Below, piece after piece: positions 20,678 to 29,813 of a stretch of 53,468 nucleotides of DNA. The DNA is from a virus (taxonomy: Duplodnaviria > Heunggongvirae > Uroviricota > Caudoviricetes), in IMG/VR virus record IMGVR_UViG_3300031853_000005, positions 1 through 53,468 of that record. One strand, 5' to 3'. A program made the position numbers and the translations under genes. How positions within the stretch are numbered: position 1 is the stretch's first letter; each line of letters begins with the position of its first letter. Under the pieces are notes generated by a model, which saw only the letters and a list, made by a program, of their open reading frames with translations, had not been told where the DNA came from and did not search any database.

Positions 20678-20702
20678 AAAAATTTCCACCATTACAGGTG
20701 GA
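20678..20702 (-). terminator. Rho-independent terminator between recombinase and TMP
   Basis: TCCACC-tgtaat-GGTGGA-aa-TTTTT. Confidence 0.55.
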
Positions 20703-20707
20703 GTAAA

Positions 20708-21742
20708 TTACAAATCATTCAAAGATTTTTTCTCCGTTTGTTTTATTCCGCCGTCTCCAAAATACTGTTCAAGCAGATCGTCATCAGAGCGGTCATCGTA
20801 TACACTTACAAGATCGATTGTTGACCAGCCAAGAACTTTTTGGACAACACTTTCCGGCAAGTTTTGTTCAAGTAAATGCGTTGTAAATGTGTGTCTCAAC
20901 ATATGGATATAAAAAGGTTTACCAAGAAATTTGGTAAACCCATCATACATATTATTAATCGAAGAAATATCCATACATGCATCAGGATTATCTGCGCTTG
21001 GGAATAACCATTCGCTTTCAATGCCAAGCCGCTTACGCTCTTCCATCCACAAATCAAAATATGGTTTGAATGGTTTCGCCAGCGTATAGACAGTAAGCAA
21101 TTTGCCTTTTGAACCTCTGCCTTTTGTAACCATCTTCTCTGGCGTTTGATATAAAGCACCACCGCAAATGAGATTTACATCATCAAAATAGTGTACTTTA
21201 AAACGACAAAGTTCCGCTTTACGTCTTCCGCTATACATAGCAAGAGCCAAAATACATGCTTTCCGATATTGTTTCTTTTCAACGAGATGATCAAGAAGAG
21301 GCTGAAGCTCTTCAATCGTAAATACTGATTTCTCTCTGACTGGCTCATTCACAGGGTTCTCTATCTTATTCCATATTGCACGATAATTTGGGAACTCATC
21401 ATCAAGCATATTCTCAATATAATTCTCAAGAGATCGAGCGGTTGCCTTTACCGTGCGCAGCCTTCGTGGAGACCATCCCCACACATTCAGAGCATGGTTT
21501 TGAAATTTTGTAATCTCTCGTTTCGTGAATTCAGTAAACGATTTATTCTTATTAAACTCTAAGCTCCAACACCATATGATATGAAGATTATTGGTGTATT
21601 GTTTAATAGTATTCTTTGATTTATCTGTTGCAGTTAAGTATTCAAGAAAATCTTTTTCAAGTTCAAGATTATCTGAATTTACTTTCCTTAGTTTTTCATC
21701 TGATGTTATATCGTTATATACAGTTGATCTTCCGATTGCCAG
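20708..21742 (-). CDS. Tyrosine recombinase (SPbeta YomM position), 344 aa with probable CTG start
   Basis: Catalytic R (SGRRKAEL), K (TKGRG), HxxR (HMLRH), LGW and Y. The frame stays open for 86 codons upstream of the track GTG, encoding an N-terminal SAM-like domain (MAIGRSTVYNDITSDEKL...), up to CTG at 21742 preceded by GGAGG. Confidence 0.85.
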   Translation of the reverse strand: MAIGRSTVYNDITSDEKLRKVNSDNLELEKDFLEYLTATDKSKNTIKQYTNNLHIIWCWSLEFNKNKSFTEFTKREITKFQNHALNVWGWSPRRLRTVKATARSLENYIENMLDDEFPNYRAIWNKIENPVNEPVREKSVFTIEELQPLLDHLVEKKQYRKACILALAMYSGRRKAELCRFKVHYFDDVNLICGGALYQTPEKMVTKGRGSKGKLLTVYTLAKPFKPYFDLWMEERKRLGIESEWLFPSADNPDACMDISSINNMYDGFTKFLGKPFYIHMLRHTFTTHLLEQNLPESVVQKVLGWSTIDLVSVYDDRSDDDLLEQYFGDGGIKQTEKKSLNDL

Positions 21743-21748
21743 ATGTCA

Positions 21749-22159
21749 TCAGCCTCCTCCCTTTGTGAAAAATTGAGACATAGCAATTTCGAAATCTGCT
21801 TGTATTTTTTTTGTAGCAATACTCCAATATCCACTTGCACCAACAGCAGGACGAAAACCAGGCAGAGATCCTTCGTTAGTTAACTCAAGCACCTGCGCCA
21901 TACTTGGCCGTTTGCCTGTTGTATAGTGACCGCTGTCATCAAGATATGCTTCGAACGAATTGTTGTTTATATTTCTTGTTTTCGGCGTATTCATCAAAGC
22001 ACCGGTTCTTTGATACTTTTTCGGATCTCCGCTTGCATAGAATCTACCAACAGCTTCAAACATATCCTCAAGTGCTTTTCTTTCTGATATTTTCAACGCA
22101 CGTTCAATATCTCTCTGAATAAGTCTTTCTAATTCAGCATCGCTGCTTGCCATCGCCAT
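21749..22159 (-). CDS. Putative tail completion/neck protein
   Basis: KYQRTGAL motif resembles HK97 gp10-like proteins; located in tail operon. Confidence 0.5.
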   Translation of the reverse strand: MAMASSDAELERLIQRDIERALKISERKALEDMFEAVGRFYASGDPKKYQRTGALMNTPKTRNINNNSFEAYLDDSGHYTTGKRPSMAQVLELTNEGSLPGFRPAVGASGYWSIATKKIQADFEIAMSQFFTKGGG

Positions 22160-22170
22160 AATCAATCACC

Positions 22171-22638
22171 TTAATCTGCTTTTTCTGGGAACAATGAAAC
22201 AAGATTATCTTTGTTTCCTTCAGATATCTCCTTGAATCTGTCAGACAGTTCATAGAGTTTTGCGAGATTATTGGGGGACAACGACTGCTTGATAATACCA
22301 GCAAAAAGCTGAGTAGCCTGTGTTAACGAATTCTTGCGATATTCAACAATTTCCATCGCATCACTATATGCATTTGCAAAGCACAGCTCATCGTCGGATA
22401 TATACAGAGCTTTCTTGTATGCTTCCATAATTTCTTTATTTGCATAGATAACATCCATATCAGGATTTTCTACATCACTGAAAGCGGACTCTTTCATGCA
22501 ATAATCGCAAAATACCATCAATGTAACCATACGCCCAATATGAGGAACATATTCGCCGTTCTCATTAAAGAATCCATCGGCAATCGCTTCAACTACTGCT
22601 ACATAATCTTCAAGAGAAAGATTATTATTAAACTTCAT
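22171..22638 (-). CDS. Hypothetical protein
   Basis: 155 aa ORF coupled to recU stop (ATGA overlap). Confidence 0.7.
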   Translation of the reverse strand: MKFNNNLSLEDYVAVVEAIADGFFNENGEYVPHIGRMVTLMVFCDYCMKESAFSDVENPDMDVIYANKEIMEAYKKALYISDDELCFANAYSDAMEIVEYRKNSLTQATQLFAGIIKQSLSPNNLAKLYELSDRFKEISEGNKDNLVSLFPEKAD

Positions 22639-23174
22639 TTCTGATCCTCCATTAACTCAATTCTGCTATTCAGCAGAGATTCTATATCGTATCGATAATT
22701 CACCCTAATCTTTTTCTGTGGCAGAACAAAATAGGGGATATCGTAATCATCTAAATCTTTTATCGTAAAACTTTTCTTTGAATTAAATTGAAGCATCTGT
22801 TCATAAGCAGAAATATCAAGGAATATCGTTGTATCCATACCGCGAAATTCAATAACGAATCCACATACAAGCCCATCGTATTGGTTATACTCAGATAACC
22901 CAAGAGCCTGATGATAATGAATGCCGTTTCCTTTTTCATCGCCTTCACGTTCAAACGCTATCGATTTACCAGCCACGGTCTTTAATTCAAGCGCATATAA
23001 AATATGATGCTTTGAATCCCATAAAAAATAATCAAAGGGATTCTTCCTGCTGAAGCGCAGATTATTCGTTCGATTAAAAGACTGTGGTGGATCTGGAATG
23101 CGGTATGCTTTTGCATAACTCGGAACAGATTTTTCAAAATTGTTTTCAAAAACTTTTCCTGGGCCGCGAGACAT
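22635..23174 (-). CDS. recU: RecU-family Holliday junction resolvase
   Basis: GKVFE...PFDY...ALELKT...HYHQ pattern of the RecU PD-(D/E)XK fold. Confidence 0.8.
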   Translation of the reverse strand: MSRGPGKVFENNFEKSVPSYAKAYRIPDPPQSFNRTNNLRFSRKNPFDYFLWDSKHHILYALELKTVAGKSIAFEREGDEKGNGIHYHQALGLSEYNQYDGLVCGFVIEFRGMDTTIFLDISAYEQMLQFNSKKSFTIKDLDDYDIPYFVLPQKKIRVNYRYDIESLLNSRIELMEDQK

Positions 23175-23422
23175 TATTCTGCCCTCTTCGGTGATGTTTC
23201 ACACCACTTCTTATAGATATAGTTTGTTTCGTTCTTCAAAAACCATGCAGTAATTTTCCCAGGCTTTATTTCGTTTTCAAAAACAAATTTCGGCTGGCAA
23301 CCATGTGATGTGTAATAAATGATCTGTTTAAGGTTGTCGATTGGGATTAGGTTTTCTCGCCCATAACATTCAATCGCTTCATCAATATTTTCAAAACTGA
23401 TGCTCTTCATCTTTCTCTCCAT
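23174..23422 (-). CDS. Hypothetical protein
   Basis: 82 aa ORF, stop overlaps recU start. Confidence 0.65.
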   Translation of the reverse strand: MERKMKSISFENIDEAIECYGRENLIPIDNLKQIIYYTSHGCQPKFVFENEIKPGKITAWFLKNETNYIYKKWCETSPKRAE

Positions 23423-23427
23423 ATCGC

Positions 23428-23472
23428 AAAAATCAGGGAGATCTCAAACCGTTCGCAGTCTGAGTCTCCCTA
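23428..23472 (-). terminator. Rho-independent terminator
   Basis: AGGGAGA-CTCA...TGAG-A-TCTCCCT followed by GATTTTT. Confidence 0.6.
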
Positions 23473-23495
23473 TTCATAACTGCGATACCCATCTC

Positions 23496-23756
23496 TTACT
23501 CTGCAATCTCATCGCTTTCCGCGAATTCCGCTTTCTTCTTACGGGTCTTCTTAATAGGCTTCGGCGCTTCAGCAATAGCTTCAACAGCCGGAGCTTCAAC
23601 CTTCTTGTCTTCGGCAAGCTTATAGCTTCCGTTTGAGAACTCTACCGCAACGGTCTTGATGTTCTTACCGGCAGACGGCATCTGCACACGAACGCCATCA
23701 AAATCAACGACCATTACAGCAGCATTGTTCATAAGAACTTTGCATTCTTTAACCAT
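23496..23756 (-). CDS. Hypothetical protein with basic C-terminal tail
   Basis: AAGGAG SD, ATG, 86 aa. Confidence 0.7.
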   Translation of the reverse strand: MVKECKVLMNNAAVMVVDFDGVRVQMPSAGKNIKTVAVEFSNGSYKLAEDKKVEAPAVEAIAEAPKPIKKTRKKKAEFAESDEIAE

Positions 23757-23776
23757 TGATTTCTCCTTGTGAGCAT

Positions 23777-23805
23777 AAAAAAATCACCGGATATAATCCG
23801 ATGAT
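23777..23805 (-). terminator. Rho-independent terminator after free-standing endonuclease
   Basis: ATCATCGGA-ttata-TCCGGTGAT-TTTTTT. Confidence 0.75.
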
Positions 23806-23823
23806 CGATAATCTATATATTAT

Positions 23824-25044
23824 TTAAGCAAAGACAAATTTATGCTTTTTATACATATTTCCACGCTCAATAGATTTTCTTATCGCACGGGAATTCCATG
23901 TATCATCAGTAGTTTGAAAATATTTAGCTACATCAGATGCGCTTTCGAAATACTGATCTGTTGTCAAGCAATAGATCCGCTTTGCACCATGATTAATTTT
24001 ATGACTTGCATCCTTCTTCATACGATCTTCAAACGGTTCATAATCGCACCATCCAAATGCTTTGCCTTTTTGAACGTATTTCAATACCGTCTTCCTATCT
24101 AAATGATATTTGCCAGCAATATCGTCAAGAGTTGCATCCTTATGATTTTCTTTATATACACAGATTTCCTTGACTAAATTACTTAAAGCAAATTGATCAC
24201 AAAGATTCCAGTCGATTATTCCAGGATCTATATTTAAACTAAGAAGCAAGCCAGACTGCAAAATACTTTTACTGATATAATCAACAGACGATTCACAACA
24301 GTCTATTGAAAAGTAATAATCTATACCATGCTCGATGGCTATCTTTTTCTTATACTCATCATTTTCTTTTTCTTGGTCAACCGTTCTACTTCTATCTCCG
24401 CGATTAATAGCTCTATTATAATGCTGGTTTCCATTTAATTCTATGATAATACTACAATCATTATGTCTGAAGTATATATCATAATATCTGTTATTTGACC
24501 AGTCAAAAGACTTTTCGAACTCAAATTCAATTCCAATTTGATCAAGCAACGAATACATAAACTTGTTCGGATAGCTTTTGTTATCGCTACATGTACAAGA
24601 CAGACCATTGTTGCTCATTACTTGATGAATCTGTTTTTTATGAATTTTGCCACAATCTGGGCATTTCATCAAAACATACTGTTTGCTATATTTTGAGTTA
24701 CAATATGCATCTTCTGCATTGATGAAATACTTCATCATCCAGGGAGCAGTCGTAGATACATCATTGATACCATATACAATCTTTTTCGGTGGTTCACAAC
24801 AGGCATTGCATCCTATTCTCGCACTTTCATCGAGACAATACTCTCTAACCCAATCTTCGTTTCCACAATGATTGCAATGATACTTACACCATTTTTCGTT
24901 AAGAGTATATTCAACACCGTTCTTTACTTTTGGAACTGGACGGTATTCGCAATCTACAATAACAAGGTCACGACTAAATGTGTTAATATGATCCCCAATA
25001 TTGTACTTAAACTTTCCAAATTTCTTGCCTATTGTTCTCACCAC
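23824..25044 (-). CDS. Free-standing homing endonuclease-like protein (Zn ribbons + Vsr/DUF559-like nuclease + NUMOD1-like C-terminus)
   Basis: CxxC pairs; YDIYF...IIELNGNQH nuclease motif; KRIYCLTTDQYFESASDVAKYF helix-turn-helix; AT-rich relative to flanks. True start may be ATA at 25032. Confidence 0.75.
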   Translation of the reverse strand: MVRTIGKKFGKFKYNIGDHINTFSRDLVIVDCEYRPVPKVKNGVEYTLNEKWCKYHCNHCGNEDWVREYCLDESARIGCNACCEPPKKIVYGINDVSTTAPWMMKYFINAEDAYCNSKYSKQYVLMKCPDCGKIHKKQIHQVMSNNGLSCTCSDNKSYPNKFMYSLLDQIGIEFEFEKSFDWSNNRYYDIYFRHNDCSIIIELNGNQHYNRAINRGDRSRTVDQEKENDEYKKKIAIEHGIDYYFSIDCCESSVDYISKSILQSGLLLSLNIDPGIIDWNLCDQFALSNLVKEICVYKENHKDATLDDIAGKYHLDRKTVLKYVQKGKAFGWCDYEPFEDRMKKDASHKINHGAKRIYCLTTDQYFESASDVAKYFQTTDDTWNSRAIRKSIERGNMYKKHKFVFA

Positions 25045-25055
25045 CGTTCTATCAG

Positions 25056-25084
25056 ATTATATCATAATTTAACGTTAAGGTGAA
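25056..25084 (-). promoter_or_regulatory. SigA-type promoter for the free-standing endonuclease
   Basis: TTCACC (25084-25079), 17 nt spacer, TG-n-TATAAT (25061-25056) extended -10. Confidence 0.6.
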
Positions 25085-25114
25085 GGTAGCTTGAGAATAA
25101 TCCCAAGCTACCTT
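25083..25114 (-). terminator. Strong hairpin after major tail gene
   Basis: AAGGTAGCTTGGGA-ttat-TCTCAAGCTACCTT, 14 bp; no U-tract on the minus strand. Confidence 0.55.
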
Positions 25115-25124
25115 TTAAGATTGA

Positions 25125-25195
25125 TTAACCTTCGACCTCTTCGTTATCTTCGATCATGTCAAGGATGTTACCATTCTTGTCTTCCAGAAGATCAA
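25125..25195 (-). CDS. Major tail protein exon 2 (..F-DLLEDKNGNILDMIEDNEEVEG*)
   Basis: Joining ACG T| to |TT GAT gives ATVTATFDLLEDKNGNILDM, an in-frame natural C-terminus; spliced product 251 aa. Confidence 0.85.
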
Positions 25196-25549
25196 CCATT
25201 TGTTCCACCGAGTTCGCTACTCTCGATGAGCGCACAAAGCGCATCTCTATGTTTCCATAGAAGTGCAGACTATATCTTCATCCATTTCCGGATGCCCACC
25301 ACAGTCTTCCGCTTGGAAGCACTTAGTCGTTGAACCTTCTCCTATTCGGAGCTTGGCTGCTGATTGTCCATTATTACAGCACTTAGGATTTAACCTTATG
25401 CTATCTACATATTTCTTTCTGCTTTCGCCACCGTCGCACATAGGTGTTTCAACCTTATGCTGTGGTATATGTAGCTTTAGGATTTCCCAGCAATTCAATG
25501 GGTTATTTATCATACACGTCTCCGTATACGGACGCTGTTTATATCTTCA
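25196..25549 (-). ncRNA. Group I self-splicing intron (IA2-like, ORF-less, 354 nt) in major tail protein gene
   Basis: P1 GACGU/GCGUC with U.G at the 5' splice site; core elements UUGCUGGGAA, CAAUCAGCAGCC, UUCAACGACUA, GAAGAUAUAGUCU; extra P7.1-type helix; P8 CAUCCG-GAAA-UGGAUG; terminal G. Confidence 0.92.
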
Positions 25550-26234
25550 ACGTCGCCGTAACCGTCGCAGGATCGCCCTCGGAGCTGAAGGACATCTCCC
25601 AGTTGCGCTGGATGGAAGCCTTGTATGCAGTCATGATGAACGGAGCATACATACCATCTTCGTCCTTGTCCAGCGTGGACATGGTGATGTAGTAGTCCTT
25701 CGGGAGCTTCTTGTTGGAGAAAGCAACCTTCTTCACGCCAGCCTTGACCAGCAGGTAGCCGACCTCGTACTCACTGTTAACAGCAATGCCACTGGCAGCC
25801 GTAGCGGTAAACACGTTGGTAGCGAAAGTGCCAGCAATCGCACTGGACTCATTGCCATACTCGCCAGCGGGGAACACAAACACGGAACCCTCTGCAACGC
25901 TGTTGCCATCGCCGGGAACGAGAGTGATCTTGCCAGCCTCTGTAGCCTTAATGGTCTCATGCTTTGCGAAGGTCGCAGAAGAATCAATAGTTCCATCAGA
26001 ATACAGAGAGAAGAACTTGAACCCACGAACCTGCGCTTCGACGCTCATGGTGCCGGTGATGGGGTTCGGGAAAGCAATCTTACGTGCGCCCTTCGCCATC
26101 GCATAAACGGAATCACCCTGAAGACCAACGGTGGTTACGTTAGCGGTTTCGAAGAACAGGAAAGGCATCATTGTTTTCAGAATGCGAATATCGAGGTCAC
26201 AGACCTGTCTATTGGCACGATTCAGTTCAGCCAT
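25550..26234 (-). CDS. Major tail (tube) protein exon 1
   Basis: NRANRQVCDLDIR...ANVTT...KGARKIAF N-terminus, highly biased codon usage; the track ORF ends at a stop 9 nt inside the intron. Confidence 0.85.
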
Positions 26235-26253
26235 AGTAATAACCTCCTAAATG

Positions 26254-27057
26254 TTACGAATCTTTTTTATCGTATTCGTTTTTATACCAGCCATCGGGTT
26301 TGAAGGTGTTTTTCTCATCACCCCATACCGACACTCTGGTTTGGTCAATGTCATAAAACATACCAGATCTCATTCGATTAAATAAATCGAGTAACTGATA
26401 TACGGTCAATCGACCAACATTGAGATAGTTAATTGATGAATGACGCGCAACGACAGAAGATATAATGTTAGGAAGAGAATAATTCAGATCTTTTTCCACA
26501 TTCTCTTCAACGATAACTTTATTCTTCTGCATTCGCTCATATAACTCTTTTGCTTTCGCATTCTTAAACATACTGTCCGGAATATTATTAAACTCATCAT
26601 CAGATACTTTGATACCGCATATCTGTTTAAAAATACTAAGCAATTGTACAAACTGAGTTTCATTGATTACCGAAAGAATATCTTCCTGGTTAATCTGATC
26701 ATTAATCTCAGTTCCATCTTTTAATATGATAAAAAAGCCTGAAGCATAATCTACCGGCTCTTCAAAAAAGAAGCGAAACACATTGAGATAAAAATGTTGT
26801 AAAGTAATATCGTGCTCGATTGCCTTAAAAATAGACAGAGATTCTTTTTCCGCCTCCGAAAGAGAATCCCAATACTCAATATTTCCATCTTTGTTTTTCG
26901 CATAATAGTTTTTTGGGTTAAGAGATAAAAATCCCTCGATCAGACCAAACTCATCAAAACCAATACGTTCTACGTCATCTATGGTTGGCTTCTTCACAGT
27001 TCCTACCGTCAAACGAATTGGATATGAACTGATCATTGTTCCATAATCTAACTTCAT
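26254..27057 (-). CDS. Conserved tail-region hypothetical protein
   Basis: LPNIISSV...INYLNVGRLTVYQLLDLFNRM motif; directly upstream of tail tube gene. Confidence 0.65.
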   Translation of the reverse strand: MKLDYGTMISSYPIRLTVGTVKKPTIDDVERIGFDEFGLIEGFLSLNPKNYYAKNKDGNIEYWDSLSEAEKESLSIFKAIEHDITLQHFYLNVFRFFFEEPVDYASGFFIILKDGTEINDQINQEDILSVINETQFVQLLSIFKQICGIKVSDDEFNNIPDSMFKNAKAKELYERMQKNKVIVEENVEKDLNYSLPNIISSVVARHSSINYLNVGRLTVYQLLDLFNRMRSGMFYDIDQTRVSVWGDEKNTFKPDGWYKNEYDKKDS

Positions 27058-27545
27058 CTGAAATTCGGAACCTCAAGAATAATCTGAACACCATAGAAAC
27101 GCCTGGAATTATATGGATATAAAGCATATATTTCCATTGGCCCAATGCCAAAACTACGGCATACTTCATCATCATTTAACAACGTGTCCTGAACCATTTC
27201 TGCAAGAATGTCGGCACGATTTCCGTGATAACCTTCTTTGGTATAATCCTCAAGAATATCTCTGTGTACAATAATGTACATTGTAACTTGACACGTTTTA
27301 ATCTCAGGGTGTACAAACGGAAGCCCAACATCATAAAAAATAAATGATCCAGTTTCTTCGATTGTGTCATCGATGAATAAATGCGATTTCACATGATCTT
27401 TAAACTCTTTCATTATTTCCGACTGTTTCTTTCCGGTCAAATCACCTAAGATCAATTCTTTGATATCGTTATTTTTGTAAAGTGCCGTCTGAATCTTTTC
27501 CTTGAAAAGACCGCGATCAGCAATCGTTCTCTGCTTGCGTCCCAT
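27054..27545 (-). CDS. Putative tail terminator/neck protein
   Basis: Position and size; GNRADILAEMV motif. Confidence 0.55.
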   Translation of the reverse strand: MGRKQRTIADRGLFKEKIQTALYKNNDIKELILGDLTGKKQSEIMKEFKDHVKSHLFIDDTIEETGSFIFYDVGLPFVHPEIKTCQVTMYIIVHRDILEDYTKEGYHGNRADILAEMVQDTLLNDDEVCRSFGIGPMEIYALYPYNSRRFYGVQIILEVPNFR

Positions 27546-27553
27546 ACGTCACC

Positions 27554-28627
27554 TCACATAAATGCTCTTACAACAAACTCTGTCGTAACCGGTTCATATC
27601 CATCCGCCGACAAAGTAAGCGTGAATGACTTGCCGAGAAGTTTTCTGTTATTCGCTTCAATAGCAATATCATTTCCAATTTCTGTTACATCAAGATATTC
27701 TTTCATATCACCATTCAGTTCCCAGGTTGCAGTTACACCGCTGACTTCGTTCCCATCCTGATCATAGAACTTTGCCACAAACACCGATGGCTCAAGATCA
27801 TAATAAACAATCTCGCCATCGCTAATGATTGCACATACGTTTGGCTTAATTTCTTCTTCTGAATCTTCAGGCTCGTAACACAGCCAGTATCCAGCTCCAT
27901 CGATAACATAATATCCATCGCTGTCATGCTGCTCATCTTGTGTTACCATAAATTCAAAAAGACCGCTGCCCTGATAATCGTAAAGAACAGAATCTACTCG
28001 CGTTACATCATATGTAATCAACGAAAAAGATGTGTCTTTTACAGTATCTTCTTTGATTTGTTTCTCATATACCTTGCATCTTCTGTCGATGACAAATCGC
28101 ATATTTTGACGAATCATTAAAGATATATCATCATCAGGAATGGTTATTAGAAGCTGATCAGAACGTAATGTATAATTCTCGTTCTCATGCTCACCGTTGT
28201 TATATTGTGACGCGGATATAATATTCGCCCATCTTTTATGTGGCTTACCATCTGCGTCAAGCCAAGCCAAATGATAATTGCAAATCTGTAAAATAGCTTT
28301 TTCATAAATACCGTTATCATCAACGATACCGGTAATAATCCAAAAGCGTCCTTTTACTTTTGCATACATTCCAGCATGACAAGTTCCAACAGGTACAAGC
28401 AAATGTCGAACAAGTGTTTTCAGTTTTGTATCAGTCAGTCTGTTATTAAAAATCGCCCGAAGCTTCGTGCATTCGGACAGATCATAATTATAAAGTTCTA
28501 CATCCAGAGCAACGTCAGAATCCAGTGCTTCCAGGAAACCCTCTGCGCCAAAATCATTCAGCGCCTCGCTCTCATATCCGCTTAACTGATCATACGGTGA
28601 CTTTAACAAATACCATTCGACTGCCAT
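27554..28627 (-). CDS. Head closure/neck protein (SPbeta-like)
   Basis: 357 aa ORF in neck region, Ig-like C-terminus; function inferred from synteny. Confidence 0.55.
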   Translation of the reverse strand: MAVEWYLLKSPYDQLSGYESEALNDFGAEGFLEALDSDVALDVELYNYDLSECTKLRAIFNNRLTDTKLKTLVRHLLVPVGTCHAGMYAKVKGRFWIITGIVDDNGIYEKAILQICNYHLAWLDADGKPHKRWANIISASQYNNGEHENENYTLRSDQLLITIPDDDISLMIRQNMRFVIDRRCKVYEKQIKEDTVKDTSFSLITYDVTRVDSVLYDYQGSGLFEFMVTQDEQHDSDGYYVIDGAGYWLCYEPEDSEEEIKPNVCAIISDGEIVYYDLEPSVFVAKFYDQDGNEVSGVTATWELNGDMKEYLDVTEIGNDIAIEANNRKLLGKSFTLTLSADGYEPVTTEFVVRAFM

Positions 28628-28635
28628 AGTTCACC

Positions 28636-29028
28636 TCAGTTATATGCGGGAGTTTTCTGGTTAGCCGTCATAACCTGCATCTTGATGTCGTTGTAATCCA
28701 GCTCGTTTTTAGCAGCCGTCTTACTGCCGTTATTTCCATCAATGGAAATATCTTTCGACACAATAGACACACGTTTGTTTACTTTAGAAACTTCTCGCTC
28801 CATGTAGTAGACTTTCATATACTGAGCCAGTATATCTATCACATATTGATCAAGCTGCTCTGTAAAATTGATAGCATCGTCATCCATGGAAATCTCTTCG
28901 ACTTCCGCAGAATACTGAGCAACAGCCTTTTTCAGCCAGAGCAGTTCCAAGCTTGCTGGAATCTCGCTCTTATCCTGAAAGGAGGCTTCAAAGCTGTCGA
29001 ACACCTCTCTCGCTGTTGATACAGACAT
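28636..29028 (-). CDS. Putative head-tail adaptor
   Basis: 130 aa, second gene after capsid-linked ORFs; inferred from synteny. Confidence 0.5.
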   Translation of the reverse strand: MSVSTAREVFDSFEASFQDKSEIPASLELLWLKKAVAQYSAEVEEISMDDDAINFTEQLDQYVIDILAQYMKVYYMEREVSKVNKRVSIVSKDISIDGNNGSKTAAKNELDYNDIKMQVMTANQKTPAYN

Positions 29029-29046
29029 AAGAGCACCTCCATTTTA

Positions 29047-29529
29047 TTAAAGCTTGAACCCTGTATGTTCCTCCGCAAAACGAATCTTGCGGTAATCGTT
29101 GATGCCAAGTCTGGTAATCGCATCCATTACAGCCTTGAACTCAGAACGAGTTACAAACTTTTCTTTGAATGCCGCTTCAAATGCTCTCTGATCTGCAATC
29201 GCAAATACATCTTTCACAAGCTCATCACTGAAGCAGAGCTGCTTGTCTTCGCCATCGGCAGATTCAAAACCAAGCTCAACCAGAGTAGGCTTATCATCGA
29301 TGATCAGCGTTGCGTGACTGCCTCTGCCGTCCGTTCCGGCAAGAAGACGGTTTCCACCATCAACCTGCGCCATGACTTCACTACGAGGAAGACGGAATGT
29401 TCCACGCGGTTTAATCAGAACATCGGCACCGGTGTCAATACGTTTGAATGCGGTATCCCATGCCGCAATACTGCGAATGGTAATCTTTGCATCAAGATTA
29501 AGTTCTTTTACAGGCTTTGTCGTTGCCAT
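29047..29529 (-). CDS. Hypothetical virion-region protein
   Basis: GAGG SD with ATG at 29529; ~160 aa. Confidence 0.65.
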   Translation of the reverse strand: MATTKPVKELNLDAKITIRSIAAWDTAFKRIDTGADVLIKPRGTFRLPRSEVMAQVDGGNRLLAGTDGRGSHATLIIDDKPTLVELGFESADGEDKQLCFSDELVKDVFAIADQRAFEAAFKEKFVTRSEFKAVMDAITRLGINDYRKIRFAEEHTGFKL

Positions 29530-29565
29530 AGTCAATTATCCTCATTTCAACTAAGATATACGATT

Positions 29566-29754
29566 TCAATTAAATCTATGTTTCATTTCGTTATATGCGG
29601 ATATAATCTCATCCAGGCGTCTGGATTTGTGAAAAACCCAATAACGTTTGCCAGTGTTTTTATTAATCCGCGAATCAAAACACTTTTCTGAAAATGCGCT
29701 CAGAAAATGGAAGAGCCTAAAAGAATAACAGTAAAAGTTTGAACTATCTTCCAT
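29566..29754 (-). CDS. Small hypothetical protein (DUF5659-like)
   Basis: FYCYSFRLFHFL...NTGKRYWVF pattern; GAGG SD. Confidence 0.6.
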   Translation of the reverse strand: MEDSSNFYCYSFRLFHFLSAFSEKCFDSRINKNTGKRYWVFHKSRRLDEIISAYNEMKHRFN

Positions 29755-29771
29755 ATTGAATCCTCAATAGA

Positions 29772-29799
29772 ACTCCCCACCCGGTTAAGAGTGGGGAGT
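29772..29799 (-). terminator. Hairpin after major capsid gene
   Basis: ACTCCCCAC-tcttaaccgg-GTGGGGAGT. Confidence 0.55.
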
Positions 29800-29813
29800 A
29801 TAAATACTATTGA

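Noticed and set aside
21749-23756. Programmed -1 frameshift tail assembly chaperone pair before TMP
   Set aside because: No overlapping ORF pair with a slippery heptamer was identifiable between the tube and TMP genes.
25247-25513. 88 aa minus-strand ORF inside the tail-gene intron
   Set aside because: Runs through the conserved ribozyme core (P3-P9), with no SD or nuclease motif; the intron is treated as ORF-less.
25263-26303. 346 aa plus-strand ORF, and similar antisense ORFs (e.g. 43753..44694, 30327..30959, 11573..12223)
   Set aside because: All are antisense shadows of well-supported minus-strand genes.
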